From Clostridia bacterium (GTDB lineage: Bacteria > Bacillota > Clostridia > UBA1381 > UMGS1253), in NCBI GenBank assembly GCA_045636325.1, contig JAZTXH010000014.1, positions 19,637 to 83,636 of the forward strand: a DNA stretch of 64,000 nt, in the 5' to 3' direction. The position numbers were made by a program, and so were the translations under genes. A model generated the notes under the pieces. That model searched no databases, had not been told where the DNA came from, and was given only the letters and a program-made list of their open reading frames with translations. Below, piece by piece: positions 11,442 to 21,769 of the stretch (positions are counted from its first letter, which is position 1; each line of letters starts with the position of its first letter).

Positions 11442-12692
11442 TTATTTTAGGTTTTCTGCAAGATTATCCATTGTTATTTCCAAAATCTCACCATTTAACA
11501 TATTTTTCAACCTGATATTACCTGAAGCAATTTCATCATCTCCAAGAACAACAGTATATTCCGCCCCTGTTTTATCAGCATATTTCATCTGTGCCTTAAG
11601 GCTTTTGCCCATTCTGTCCTTGTCGCAAGAAATACCCTCGCCTCTTAACTTATAAACAATACTTTCAGCATAAGCATCTGCACATTCACCAATAGTTGCT
11701 ATATAAAGCTTTATTCTTTCAGGCTTTGGAAATTCAACACCTTGATTTTCCATTGTCAAAATTAAACGTTCCAAACCAAGACCAAATCCGATACCGCAGG
11801 TATTATCTCCGCCAAGCTCTTTTATGAGCCCGTCATATCTTCCGCCACCGCAAACAGTTCCCTGTGCACCTATATCGGTTGAAACAATTTCAAAAACTGT
11901 TTTTGTATAGTAGTCAAGCCCTCTTACAATATTAGGATTAATTTTAAATTCAATTTCCATACCGTTAAGATAGTTTTTAACAATTTCAAAATGAGCAAAA
12001 CAATCATCGCATATATGCTCAATAAGCTTTGGTGCATCTTCTGCAAGCTTTGAACAAATGGGCGATTTACAGTCAAGTATTCTTAAAGGATTTCTCTCAA
12101 GTCTGCTTTTACATGTATCACACAATTCGTCTAAATGTGAATTAAAATATTCTTTTAATTTTTCATTATATTGTTTTCTACACTGTGGGCATCCAATTGA
12201 ATTAATATTGAGTTCAAGATTTTTAAGTCCGAGTTCCTTTAAAAATAATGTAGCAAGAGAAATAATCTCTGCATCAACAGATGGCTGAGAAGACCCAAAT
12301 ACCTCGACTCCGAACTGATGAAACTCTCTTAATCTACCTGCCTGCGGTTTTTCATATCTGAAACAAGGTGCAATATAATATAACTTTTCCGGCATCGGAT
12401 TTGCATACAAATTACGCTCAAGAAAAGCTCTTGCGCTTGATGCAGTTACCTCTGGTCTTAAAGTTATACTTCTGTCACCTTTGTCAGTAAAGGTATACAT
12501 CTGCTTTTCAACCACATCAGTAGTATCACCAACGCCACGCAAGAAAAGCTCTGTATGCTCAAAAGTTGGAGTTCTGATTTCCTTAAAACCAAAACATCTG
12601 CAAACATCTCTCACTTTTTCTTCTACATATTGCCACTTTAGTGTATCATCACCATAAATATCATTGGTACCGCGAGGTGCTTTAGTAAGCAT
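11442..12692 (-). CDS. hisS: Histidyl-tRNA synthetase
   Basis: 416 aa with the HisRS motifs APCFRYEKPQAGRLREFHQ and GGGRYDGL. Its ATG overlaps the engB stop (TAATG). Confidence 0.95.
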   Translation of the reverse strand: MLTKAPRGTNDIYGDDTLKWQYVEEKVRDVCRCFGFKEIRTPTFEHTELFLRGVGDTTDVVEKQMYTFTDKGDRSITLRPEVTASSARAFLERNLYANPMPEKLYYIAPCFRYEKPQAGRLREFHQFGVEVFGSSQPSVDAEIISLATLFLKELGLKNLELNINSIGCPQCRKQYNEKLKEYFNSHLDELCDTCKSRLERNPLRILDCKSPICSKLAEDAPKLIEHICDDCFAHFEIVKNYLNGMEIEFKINPNIVRGLDYYTKTVFEIVSTDIGAQGTVCGGGRYDGLIKELGGDNTCGIGFGLGLERLILTMENQGVEFPKPERIKLYIATIGECADAYAESIVYKLRGEGISCDKDRMGKSLKAQMKYADKTGAEYTVVLGDDEIASGNIRLKNMLNGEILEITMDNLAENLK

Positions 12693-13306
12693 TACTTCTC
12701 ATCCTTTCCCTCTTCTTTATCTTCTTCAAGCAAAAGACTTATAACATCCCATACAGTATATTTACCTTCATCCGTCTTTGTTGAAAACGGAACCAAGATG
12801 TCTTCATCTGTTAAACCAAGCTTGTTATATATCATTTCAAGATTTTCTTCCAACGCTTTTTTCGAAAGCTTGTCAGTTTTTGTTGCAATAACAACCACAG
12901 ATTCCTGAAAATTTCTTATCCAGTCAAGCATCATAAGATCATTATCAGTAGGCTCATGGCGACTGTCAACAAGCAAGAATACCTGATATATCTGCTCTCT
13001 GTGATTAAGATACGTTTCTATAATATTTCCCCACTTTTTAATTTCTTCTTTTGAACGTGAGGCAAAACCGTAGCCGGGCAAATCAACAAAATATATCTGA
13101 TTATCAATATTATAAAAATTAATAGTTGCTGTTTTTCCCGGTGTCTGACTTACTCTCGCGAGACTTTTGCGATTTAGCATCTTATTTATCATAGATGATT
13201 TTCCCACATTAGACCTGCCAACAAAAGCAAATTCAGGACAATTTCCTTTAGGATATTGTTTCGGAGAAACAGCTGAAATTTCTATATCTGCATTGTGTAA
13301 ATTCAT
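12692..13306 (-). CDS. engB: Ribosome-biogenesis GTPase EngB/YsxC/YihA
   Basis: P-loop GRSNVGKSS, DLPGYG, TKTDK. The lon-engB order is the same as in Bacillus. Confidence 0.92.
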   Translation of the reverse strand: MNLHNADIEISAVSPKQYPKGNCPEFAFVGRSNVGKSSMINKMLNRKSLARVSQTPGKTATINFYNIDNQIYFVDLPGYGFASRSKEEIKKWGNIIETYLNHREQIYQVFLLVDSRHEPTDNDLMMLDWIRNFQESVVVIATKTDKLSKKALEENLEMIYNKLGLTDEDILVPFSTKTDEGKYTVWDVISLLLEEDKEEGKDEK

Positions 13307-13334
13307 AGTAATCTACTCCGTATACATTTTATTT

Positions 13335-15758
13335 TTATGCCTGCAAACTATCAGTTTTAACATTTTCCATAAAAGGACAAATAATTTTGTTTTCTTTCAC
13401 TTCAGGAAGTTTAAAACCACCATTCTTTTTTGAACAAAGAGCATGCTTTAAAACTGTATCCATAGTTTTTGCAGACACAAATTCTACATTTTCTTTTACA
13501 ATAACATCGATATCATCAAGGTCGCTCAAATTTTCTTCAGGAATTATTATCTTCTTAATTCCCGCACGATATGCCGCTAAAGTTTTTTCTTTCAACCCGC
13601 CAATAGCAAGCACCCGGCCTCTTAGCGTTACTTCACCTGTCATTGCAACATCGTGCTTTACCGCATATCCGGAAAGTGCAGACGCAATCGCAGTTGTCAT
13701 TGTTATTCCCGCAGAAGGTCCATCCTTTGGCACTGCCCCCTCCGGAATATGAATATGTATGTCATATTTTTTATAAAAATCTTTATCTATTGATAATTCT
13801 TCTGCGTATGAACGTATATAACTTACCGCAGCTTTTGCTGACTCTTTCATAACGTCGCCAAGATTGCCTGTAAGCTCAATTTTACCGCTACCGCTCATTA
13901 CATTTGCTTCTACCGATAAAGTTTCGCCTCCAACGCTAGTCCACGCAAGGCCTCTTACAATACCAATTTCATCCTTTTCGTTTGCCAAGTCAATTCTGTA
14001 TTTTTTCTTACCTAAGTACTCTTCAATATTTTTGTCTGTAACCACAATAAGACTTTCAGTTTTAGAAACAATTTTTTTAGCAGCCCTTCTCATAAGAGAG
14101 GCAATTTCTCTTTCAAGATTCCTGACACCTGATTCTTTTGTATAATACTTTATAAGAGACAAAACCGCACTTTCCTCAATCTCAAGATTATCAGGTTTTA
14201 TACCGTTTCTCTTAAGCTGTTTTGGAATAAGATGCTTCTTTGCTATTACAGTCTTCTCTTCATCGGTATAGCCTTCAATTCTGATTACTTCCATACGGTC
14301 AAGCAACGCAGGCGCAATGGTATCAAGTGTGTTTGCTGTTGTTATAAACAATACATTAGACAAATCAAAAGGCATTTCCAAGTAATGGTCCCTGAAAGAG
14401 AAATTCTGTTCTCCATCTAATACTTCAAGCATAGCAGATGCAGGGTCACCTTTATAATCGTTTGACATTTTGTCAATCTCATCAAGTAAAATAAGAGGAT
14501 TTTTACTTTTTGCCGTTTTCATCGCCGCTAAAACTCTACCCGGCATTGACCCAATATATGTTTTCCTGTGACCTCTTATCTCCGCTTCATCTTTTACACC
14601 GCCAAGAGCTATTCTCACATAATTTCTGTTAACTGCACTTGCAATAGACTTTGCAATTGATGTTTTACCAACACCAGGAGGTCCCACAAGACATAAAACC
14701 GGACTTGGAGCATTTTTAGAAAGTTTTCTCACAGAAAGATATTCAAGAATTCTTTCTTTTACTTTTTTTAAGCCATAGTGGTCATCATCCAAAATCTTTT
14801 CAGCTTTTAAAATATCAACTCTCTCTTTTGTTTTAGCTGTCCAAGGAAGCTCGCATATATTATCAAGATAAGTTCTTATAACTGCCGCCTCAGGTGAACC
14901 GCTCGGAGTTTTCAAAAGCCTGTCTATTTCTTTTTCAAGACGCTGTCTTGTATCTTCATCAAATCCAAAAGAATCAAACTTCTTTCTGTATTCAGCAGCC
15001 TCTGCCCCTACTCCGTCTTTATCTCCCAACTCATCAGATATAACTTTAAGCTGCTCTCTTAAATAATATTCTCTCTGATTTTCATCTATTCTTTTCTTTA
15101 CTTTATCAGAAATGCTTTTTTCAAGACGTATTATATCCATTTCCTTTTCAAGCAAAGCAACAAGTATACTTACCCTCTGTTCTATATCACAACTTTCAAG
15201 AATCATTTGCTTATCTTCAAAATCAAAATAAACATTTGAGCATATCACATCACAAAGCTCAATACAATCATTAATGTTTATAATTGAAGATAATGCTTCT
15301 GCCGTAATTTTTGAATCATAAGAAAAATATCTTTCGAAAGTGCCTTTCATTGTTCTTAAAAGCGCGTCATTAAGCTCACCTGAAATATCATTTCTATTCT
15401 CAGTAATTTCTTCTACATCACATGTAAAATATGGAAACTCAGATACAATTTCAACAATTCTTACTCTGCTTACACCCTCAACCATAATCTTGACACTGTC
15501 ACCGGGCAAACGCATAAGTTGTTTAATTTTAACCAATGTACCAAATCTGAAAATATCACACTCTTCGGGATTTTCTTTTTCAGGGTCCATCTGTGCCGCA
15601 AGTACCACCATCTGTTCTTTATCCATCGCGGCCTCCAAAGCCTTAAGGGACTTTTCTCTTCCAATATCAAAATGTGTAACCATATATGGAAAAACAACCA
15701 CTCCCCGCATCGCAAGCAAGGGCATGTTTGTTTTAAATATTAAGTTTTTATCAACCAT
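13335..15758 (-). CDS. lon: ATP-dependent Lon protease (LonA)
   Basis: LON N-domain, Walker [10 protein letters not shown] and proteolytic PKDGPSAG. Start set at the ATG at 15758, 7 nt after GGAG. The track ORF begins at an upstream TTG. Confidence 0.95.
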   Translation of the reverse strand: MVDKNLIFKTNMPLLAMRGVVVFPYMVTHFDIGREKSLKALEAAMDKEQMVVLAAQMDPEKENPEECDIFRFGTLVKIKQLMRLPGDSVKIMVEGVSRVRIVEIVSEFPYFTCDVEEITENRNDISGELNDALLRTMKGTFERYFSYDSKITAEALSSIININDCIELCDVICSNVYFDFEDKQMILESCDIEQRVSILVALLEKEMDIIRLEKSISDKVKKRIDENQREYYLREQLKVISDELGDKDGVGAEAAEYRKKFDSFGFDEDTRQRLEKEIDRLLKTPSGSPEAAVIRTYLDNICELPWTAKTKERVDILKAEKILDDDHYGLKKVKERILEYLSVRKLSKNAPSPVLCLVGPPGVGKTSIAKSIASAVNRNYVRIALGGVKDEAEIRGHRKTYIGSMPGRVLAAMKTAKSKNPLILLDEIDKMSNDYKGDPASAMLEVLDGEQNFSFRDHYLEMPFDLSNVLFITTANTLDTIAPALLDRMEVIRIEGYTDEEKTVIAKKHLIPKQLKRNGIKPDNLEIEESAVLSLIKYYTKESGVRNLEREIASLMRRAAKKIVSKTESLIVVTDKNIEEYLGKKKYRIDLANEKDEIGIVRGLAWTSVGGETLSVEANVMSGSGKIELTGNLGDVMKESAKAAVSYIRSYAEELSIDKDFYKKYDIHIHIPEGAVPKDGPSAGITMTTAIASALSGYAVKHDVAMTGEVTLRGRVLAIGGLKEKTLAAYRAGIKKIIIPEENLSDLDDIDVIVKENVEFVSAKTMDTVLKHALCSKKNGGFKLPEVKENKIICPFMENVKTDSLQA

Positions 15759-15883
15759 AAAATTCTCCAATCCGCCGTATTATAATACGGTCTAAGTAAA
15801 ATCAAATATAATGCATCACTATATTATACCTTATTATCTGCTTTTTTTCAATCCTTTTTTTTATTTTTTGGATATATTTTTAT

Positions 15884-16735
15884 TCAATCTATCAAGTCCT
15901 TAATTTTTGTAACATTTTTCATATTAATTACACGCTCAATAAACTCGGTTTCGCTCATCCTTGTATACATAATCTCTTTACTGTCAACCAATGTTATCAT
16001 TATATAAAATTTTTCTGATAACTCAGAAAAAACATCTTTAATTTTTGTATCTTTAACAACGGCAATTTCTTTTATTGGAAGTTTTTGAATTTTTTTCATT
16101 TTTTCTTTTGAGTGCAACAATAGTTGTGAAAAAGAAATAGAGACTTGAGTTTTTTCTTTACTCACAGAAAAAATTAAAAAACAACAAAGTACCATTATTG
16201 ATACGTTAAATTGGCTAAATAAAACAGATACAAAAATAAAAACACATATAATAAAAGTAAATATTTCAGATATGCATACACTCATGGTCACGGCCTTGTA
16301 ATATCCAATTTTGCTTTCAAGTATACACCTTAAAATTCTGCCTCCGTCAAGAGGATATATCGGAATAATATTTATTAAACAAATTGACGCATTTGAGAGT
16401 ATAATATAATCAATATAAGAAAAACTTATACCCTTATATTTTAAGTATAAAAAAAAACTCGTTATTATTCCGCTTCCAAAGGGTCCAGATGCACACAAAA
16501 ACACTTCGTTTACCGAAGATAATTTTTCTGTTATCTTTATATTTATCCCAAATGGCAATATAACAATTCTTTTTACCGTTATTTTCATTTTTACTGCATA
16601 AAGTAAATGAAAAATCTCGTGTAATGAAAGAGATACATAAGATATTAAAACATATTCAAGCGCATCAAAAACTCCGCAAACAAAGAAAAAAGCAATGGTA
16701 AAGGTGCTTATATAAACATTCTTTATTTTAATCAT
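15884..16735 (-). CDS. spoIVFB: Site-2 (M50) intramembrane metalloprotease, SpoIVFB-like, with C-terminal CBS-like domain
   Basis: HEIFH (HExxH) lies in a transmembrane helix, and NIIPIYPLDGGR (NxxPxxxxDG) is present. Start taken as the ATG at 16735, which overlaps the upstream gene's stop (ATGATTAA). Confidence 0.8.
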   Translation of the reverse strand: MIKIKNVYISTFTIAFFFVCGVFDALEYVLISYVSLSLHEIFHLLYAVKMKITVKRIVILPFGINIKITEKLSSVNEVFLCASGPFGSGIITSFFLYLKYKGISFSYIDYIILSNASICLINIIPIYPLDGGRILRCILESKIGYYKAVTMSVCISEIFTFIICVFIFVSVLFSQFNVSIMVLCCFLIFSVSKEKTQVSISFSQLLLHSKEKMKKIQKLPIKEIAVVKDTKIKDVFSELSEKFYIMITLVDSKEIMYTRMSETEFIERVINMKNVTKIKDLID

Positions 16736-16940
16736 TAAAGATACCAAAATCCTTTGCCATTTTTTTAAATTCCGTAATATCAAAATTATGTTTGGCCGTA
16801 TAATAAATTGTTTTTTCCATATTCTCCGTACACTTATCAGGATAAAACTTCGCTAACGCAACCATAATTATAAGTATAACACCTGTAATTATTCTCAAAA
16901 ACAACAGACCATTTGATTTTTTTTTCTTTCTTTTTTTCAT
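16728..16940 (-). CDS. 70-aa single-pass membrane protein, translationally coupled to spoIVFB
   Basis: MKKRKKKKS basic N-terminus, one transmembrane helix and a 38-aa tail. I recognise no homolog. Confidence 0.6.
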   Translation of the reverse strand: MKKRKKKKSNGLLFLRIITGVILIIMVALAKFYPDKCTENMEKTIYYTAKHNFDITEFKKMAKDFGIFND

Positions 16941-17002
16941 TCTAACACTCCTTTGGTAAAGCTATGTATGTGTTAAAATGTATTAAAAAAATTTTTTAAA
17001 TA

Positions 17003-17743
17003 TTACTTATATGCTATGGGAATAACAGAGCCTATATCAAAAAGTAGTTCGTTTGAAAGGCATTGTGGATATATATTGTAATTTCTTAAAAACGATTTGA
17101 TTTTATCAAAATCCGGATGCGATAAAACATCACCGCAAAAAGCCATTATATCATTTGATATAAGTCCGCTTGTACCGCCAATAAAACCATGTTCATAACC
17201 GTCAATCCCAATATGTCCTGATTTAATTTCTAAAACATCAAAACCATTATCTTTTCCTGCTTTGCTGATACCTTCGTCAGATGTAATAAACGCATTTTCA
17301 GAAACTATACAAATATTACATTTGCAATATCCCTGACGGGTATAAATTTTTTTTGTATAATTCATATTATCAAAATCCAAAATAAAATCATCTGCCACTT
17401 TCATAAACACAGTATCTGATATGCGTGCAACATTATAAAAACAATCATCAGGATAATTGTCCGTTAATATTTTTTTGCCGCATATAACATCTGCTCCTGT
17501 AAAAGTCTCTTTAAAATATTTGTATGCACACGGCTCAGATACAAATCTATTACCACCAAGATGATGCAGAACAACATCCGCATGATTTTTCACCGGCGAG
17601 GTCATTTTTTCTGCCGGCGGAGATTCAATTATATTAATCCCGAGCCTTATAAGCTCATCTTTTATATTTTTACTGCAACAGCGGTTTATGCACACCACTC
17701 CAACCGGTAAATCAGGTAAGTTTGCTTTTTTTAAAAATCTCAT
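17003..17743 (-). CDS. Conserved hypothetical protein, possibly guanidino-modifying-enzyme (amidinotransferase-like) fold
   Basis: 246 aa, soluble, with RBS AAGGAAG. The fold assignment rests only on my recollection of the C-terminal GFIGGTSGL... pattern. Confidence 0.55.
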   Translation of the reverse strand: MRFLKKANLPDLPVGVVCINRCCSKNIKDELIRLGINIIESPPAEKMTSPVKNHADVVLHHLGGNRFVSEPCAYKYFKETFTGADVICGKKILTDNYPDDCFYNVARISDTVFMKVADDFILDFDNMNYTKKIYTRQGYCKCNICIVSENAFITSDEGISKAGKDNGFDVLEIKSGHIGIDGYEHGFIGGTSGLISNDIMAFCGDVLSHPDFDKIKSFLRNYNIYPQCLSNELLFDIGSVIPIAYK

Positions 17744-17887
17744 AATTATCTTCCTTGTAACAGTTTAAATTATATTGCATAAACTGTATTATTGTAATGC
17801 CGGATAAACTGTCTTTCGGGCAGTTATCCGTTAATATACCCGTCTGTATGTAAGCAAAACTTCACAACAGACGGTACTTTAAATATC

Positions 17888-17919
17888 AAGAGCCCGACCG
17901 TTTATGCGATCGGGCTCTT
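17888..17919 (-). terminator. Probable terminator after ireB
   Basis: GC-rich 12-13 bp stem AAGAGCCCGAtCG/CGgTCGGGCTCTT. The U-tract is weak (GATATTT). Confidence 0.5.
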
Positions 17920-17939
17920 ACTTGTTACATCCTTACTTT

Positions 17940-18197
17940 TTACATAGAAGTTTTAATATACTGCTCTAACAGTTCTTCTAAAATTTCATCACGCTCAACT
18001 CTTCCAATAAGACCGCGTGCATTATTATAGCTTGTAATATAAGTAGGGTCACCTGAAATTATATATCCAACCAGCTGACTCACGGGATTATACCCTTTCA
18101 CCATAAGCGCACTGTATACCTGAGATAAAATATCTTTAACCTCTTTAATACGTTCCGGATCCCTATTATCAAATTTCATTGTTCCGCTTGTCGACAT
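17940..18197 (-). CDS. ireB: IreB-family regulatory phosphoprotein (UPF0297/YrzL)
   Basis: 85 aa with GYNPVSQLVGYIISGDPTYITS..ARGLI, the hallmark of the DUF965/IreB family. Confidence 0.85.
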   Translation of the reverse strand: MSTSGTMKFDNRDPERIKEVKDILSQVYSALMVKGYNPVSQLVGYIISGDPTYITSYNNARGLIGRVERDEILEELLEQYIKTSM

Positions 18198-18300
18198 TTT
18201 CCAGCGCCCCTTTCACAAACTTTGAATTAATTATACTACACAATTAAAACTTTTTCAAGTATTATTTAAAAATTTTGTAACATTTTTAATTTTAATAATA

Positions 18301-20682
18301 TTATCTTAATTTTGCACCTGTCTGATGCTCAAGGCTTCTTAAAATCTTATCCATTACTTTATTAATTTCCTCATCTGTAAGAGTTCTGTCTTCAGCACGG
18401 AAAATAATAGAATATGCCATGCTCTTCTTTCCTTCAGGAATCTGTGCGCCCCTGTATATATCAAATAATTCAACACTGTCAAGAATTTTCCCGGAAGCTT
18501 TTTTGATAATATCATAAATATCACCGGCAAGAACTCCATCATCAGCCAAAAGTGCAAGGTCTCTTGTTACAGCGGGATATTTAGGAAGCTTTTTATAACT
18601 CTTAGATGAATTAGCATTTTCTAAAAGCGCATTAAATGAAATTTCAGCCGCATAAACTTCACAATCTATATCGTAATTTGAAGCAACCTTAGGATGAACC
18701 TGACCCAATACGCCAACTACTTTACCTTTGATCTTTAGAGCGGCACATCTGCCAGAATGATAACTTGGATTATCACTAACCGGAGAGAATGAGAAATCTT
18801 CTATTCCTATTCCGGAAAGCATCTGCTCCGCCATTCCCTTTATAGAATAAAAGTCGCCTTCACCATACATGCCCATTGTTACAACTTCGCTTTCAAAGGG
18901 AAGCTGCTGCCTTTCAACAGGAGTATATATTTTACCAATCTCAAACAGCGCAGCATCCTGATTTCTCTGTTTAAAATTCAAAGAAAGAATTTCAAGCATT
19001 GAAGCAAGAGTAGTCGTTCTCATTATTGAATTTTCTTCACCCAACGGATTCAAAATTCTAACTGTATTTCTAAGGCTCGAATCTGCAGGAACAAGAAGCT
19101 TATCAAAAATATTGGGGTTAGTGAATGAATATGTCATAATTTCATACATGCCCTGATATGCAAGTATATTCTTAACCTTATCTTCAAGCTTCTGCTTTGC
19201 ATTTTTACCGCCGCATGTAACAACACCGCGCATAGGTGTTGAAGGAATTTCATTATATCCGTAAATTCTTGCAATTTCTTCTGCCAAATCAACTTCACAT
19301 TCAATATCTGGTCTAAATGTGGGTGCTGTAACAGTCATATTATTTTCATCAACATCAAGTTCAAGAGCCTTAAAAGTTTTTATCATAAATTCTTTTGAAA
19401 TATCTGTTCCAAGGAAAGCATTTATGCTTTCAACGCTGAATTTTACAACCTTTTTTTCAGGAATCTTACCGCATACATCTATCATTCCACCTACAACTTC
19501 ACCAGCGCCAAGCATCTCAACAAGCTGGCATGCACGGTTTACTGCATCAACCGTTGTATGCGGATCAAGCCCTTTTTCATATTTAGCACTTGATTCTGTT
19601 CTTAGCCCTAATTTTTTAGCGGTAATACGAACAGATGCACCATCAAAGTTCGCACTTTCAAAAAGTACAGTTACTGTATCATCTTTAACTTCAGAATTAA
19701 GCGCCCCCATAACACCTGCAACAGCAACGGCCCTTTTTTCGTCTGATATGACAAGCATTGAAGAATCGAGTTTTCTCTCCTGTTCGTCAAGCGTTGTGAT
19801 TTCTTCATCATCATTTGCTCTTCTTACTATAATATGCTCACCGGATATATCACGCAAATCAAAAGCATGCATAGGCTGACCATATTCAAGCAATACATAG
19901 TTTGTTATATCAACTATATTATTTATTGAACGTATACCTGAAGCCTGTAAACGTTTTACTATCCAGTCAGGAGAAGGACCAATTTTAACATTCTTAACCA
20001 TTCTTGCGCAATATCTCGGGCAATATTCATTATCAAGAACATCCACTTTTACAAAATCAGCAACATTCTCATCGTTTCCTTTGCAAATCGGTTTTTCATA
20101 TTTAAACTCTCGACCAAAAGTAACTGCGGTTTCTCTTGCAAGACCAATTACACTCTGGCAGTCAGGTCTGTTAGATGTAATTTCAAATTCAATTACTGTT
20201 TCATTAAGACCAAAAACCTCTTTAATATCTTTTCCTACAGGCGTATCAGGATTTAAAATAAGAATACCATACTCAGGTTCATATCCCAAATCAGCCACTG
20301 TAAGACCTAATTCTTCGTGTGAACAAAGCATACCGTTTGATTCCACACCACGAAGCTTGCCCTTCTTAATTGTAGCTCCGCCTGCAAGATGTGACCCATG
20401 AAGCGCAACGGGCACAATCTGGCCTACCTTTACATTTGTAGCACCAGTAACAATCTGCAATTCTTCACTGCCTGTATCAATCATACAAATCTGCAGTGAA
20501 TCTGCATTTTCATGCTTTTTTATATCAGTAATTTTACCGGTAACAACGCCTGATAGCTCAGCTCCCATTTCTTCTGTTCCTTCTACCATTGAGCCTGACA
20601 TTGTAAGCGCATCTGCATATGATTTTGTATCTATATCTGAAATATCAACGAAATCGTTGAACCAACTTTTTGCAACTTTCAT
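18301..20682 (-). CDS. pheT: Phenylalanyl-tRNA synthetase beta subunit
   Basis: 793 aa with tRNA-binding OB, B3/4, B5 and FDX-ACB domain order. It sits directly after pheS. Confidence 0.95.
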   Translation of the reverse strand: MKVAKSWFNDFVDISDIDTKSYADALTMSGSMVEGTEEMGAELSGVVTGKITDIKKHENADSLQICMIDTGSEELQIVTGATNVKVGQIVPVALHGSHLAGGATIKKGKLRGVESNGMLCSHEELGLTVADLGYEPEYGILILNPDTPVGKDIKEVFGLNETVIEFEITSNRPDCQSVIGLARETAVTFGREFKYEKPICKGNDENVADFVKVDVLDNEYCPRYCARMVKNVKIGPSPDWIVKRLQASGIRSINNIVDITNYVLLEYGQPMHAFDLRDISGEHIIVRRANDDEEITTLDEQERKLDSSMLVISDEKRAVAVAGVMGALNSEVKDDTVTVLFESANFDGASVRITAKKLGLRTESSAKYEKGLDPHTTVDAVNRACQLVEMLGAGEVVGGMIDVCGKIPEKKVVKFSVESINAFLGTDISKEFMIKTFKALELDVDENNMTVTAPTFRPDIECEVDLAEEIARIYGYNEIPSTPMRGVVTCGGKNAKQKLEDKVKNILAYQGMYEIMTYSFTNPNIFDKLLVPADSSLRNTVRILNPLGEENSIMRTTTLASMLEILSLNFKQRNQDAALFEIGKIYTPVERQQLPFESEVVTMGMYGEGDFYSIKGMAEQMLSGIGIEDFSFSPVSDNPSYHSGRCAALKIKGKVVGVLGQVHPKVASNYDIDCEVYAAEISFNALLENANSSKSYKKLPKYPAVTRDLALLADDGVLAGDIYDIIKKASGKILDSVELFDIYRGAQIPEGKKSMAYSIIFRAEDRTLTDEEINKVMDKILRSLEHQTGAKLR

Positions 20683-20703
20683 TTCTTACTTGCCTCCTAT
20701 CAA

Positions 20704-21726
20704 TTAAAACTGCTTTAAGAATCTTACATCGTTTTCAAAGAACAATCTTAAATCGTCAATATCATAACGACGCATTGCAATACGTTCAAGCCCCATACCA
20801 AAAGCAAATCCACTGTAAACATCAGGATCCACTCCACCATTTCTCAATACTTTGGGATGGACCATACCCGCACCTAAAATTTCAATCCACCCTTCGCCCT
20901 TACAAACTCTGCAGCCTTTTCCGTTACATACAAAGCACGAAACATCAACCTCTGCACTTGGCTCTGTAAACGGGAAATGATGAGGCCTGAATCTAATTTT
21001 CGCTTCTTCACCATAAAGAGCTTTTACAAAAACTTCAAAAATACCCTTTAAATCACCCATTGTTATACCCTTATCAACAACTAAACCTTCAATCTGATGA
21101 AATACAGGAGAATGAGTTGCATCCACTGCATCGCTTCTGTAAACACGACCCGGTGCAATAATGCGTATTGGTGGCTTTGAATTTTCCATTACACGAATCT
21201 GAACCGGCGAAGTCTGAGTTCTTAAAAGAACATTATCATTAATATAGAATGTATCCTGAGTATCTCTTGCAGGATGGTCTTTAGGAAGATTAAGAGCCTC
21301 AAAATTATAATAATCAAGCTCTACTTCCGGACCTTCTGCAATTGAAAATCCCATTCCAATAAATATGTCTTTTATCTCATTTAAAACCTGTGTAAGAGGA
21401 TGAAGCTTACCTTGCTTTCTTATTACTTTTCCTGCAATTGTAACATCAATTTTTTCCTTTGCAATCTTAGCCTCGCTTTCAGCACTTAAAAGCTCAGCCT
21501 TTTTCTTGTTAAGCATATTTTCAATTTCATTTCTTACATCGTTTGCCAATGCTCCGATAACAGGTCTTTCTTCAGAACTAAGACTACCCATTCCTCTAAG
21601 AACTGCAGTAAGTTCGCCTTTTTTACCAAGATACTTAATTCTCAAGTCATCAAGCACCTTTAAATCAGCGGCAACCAAAAACTCATCAGTTGCAGCTTTT
21701 TTAATTTTCTCTAACTGTTCTCTCAT
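20704..21726 (-). CDS. pheS: Phenylalanyl-tRNA synthetase alpha subunit
   Basis: Class II motifs ([23 protein letters not shown]). Start set at the ATG at 21726 (MREQLEKI...) after AAGGAG. Confidence 0.95.
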   Translation of the reverse strand: MREQLEKIKKAATDEFLVAADLKVLDDLRIKYLGKKGELTAVLRGMGSLSSEERPVIGALANDVRNEIENMLNKKKAELLSAESEAKIAKEKIDVTIAGKVIRKQGKLHPLTQVLNEIKDIFIGMGFSIAEGPEVELDYYNFEALNLPKDHPARDTQDTFYINDNVLLRTQTSPVQIRVMENSKPPIRIIAPGRVYRSDAVDATHSPVFHQIEGLVVDKGITMGDLKGIFEVFVKALYGEEAKIRFRPHHFPFTEPSAEVDVSCFVCNGKGCRVCKGEGWIEILGAGMVHPKVLRNGGVDPDVYSGFAFGMGLERIAMRRYDIDDLRLFFENDVRFLKQF

Positions 21727-21769
21727 TACTCTACACTCCTTGTATATTGTTACATTTTTTACTAATAAC

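Noticed and set aside
16736-16783. Longer SpoIVFB N-terminus (track ORF start at 16783), which would give a 56-nt overlap
   Set aside because: The extension is entirely inside the upstream mini-gene and has no RBS. The ATG at 16735 gives a classic ATGATTAA stop-start overlap.
19319-19879. 186-aa plus-strand ORF, along with similar ORFs at 57104-57580, 59121-59507, 59754-60188, 13387-13752 and 15340-15795
   Set aside because: All are antisense to confidently identified genes (pheT, ptsI, serA, lon). They are Ser/Thr/Ile-rich and lack RBSs.
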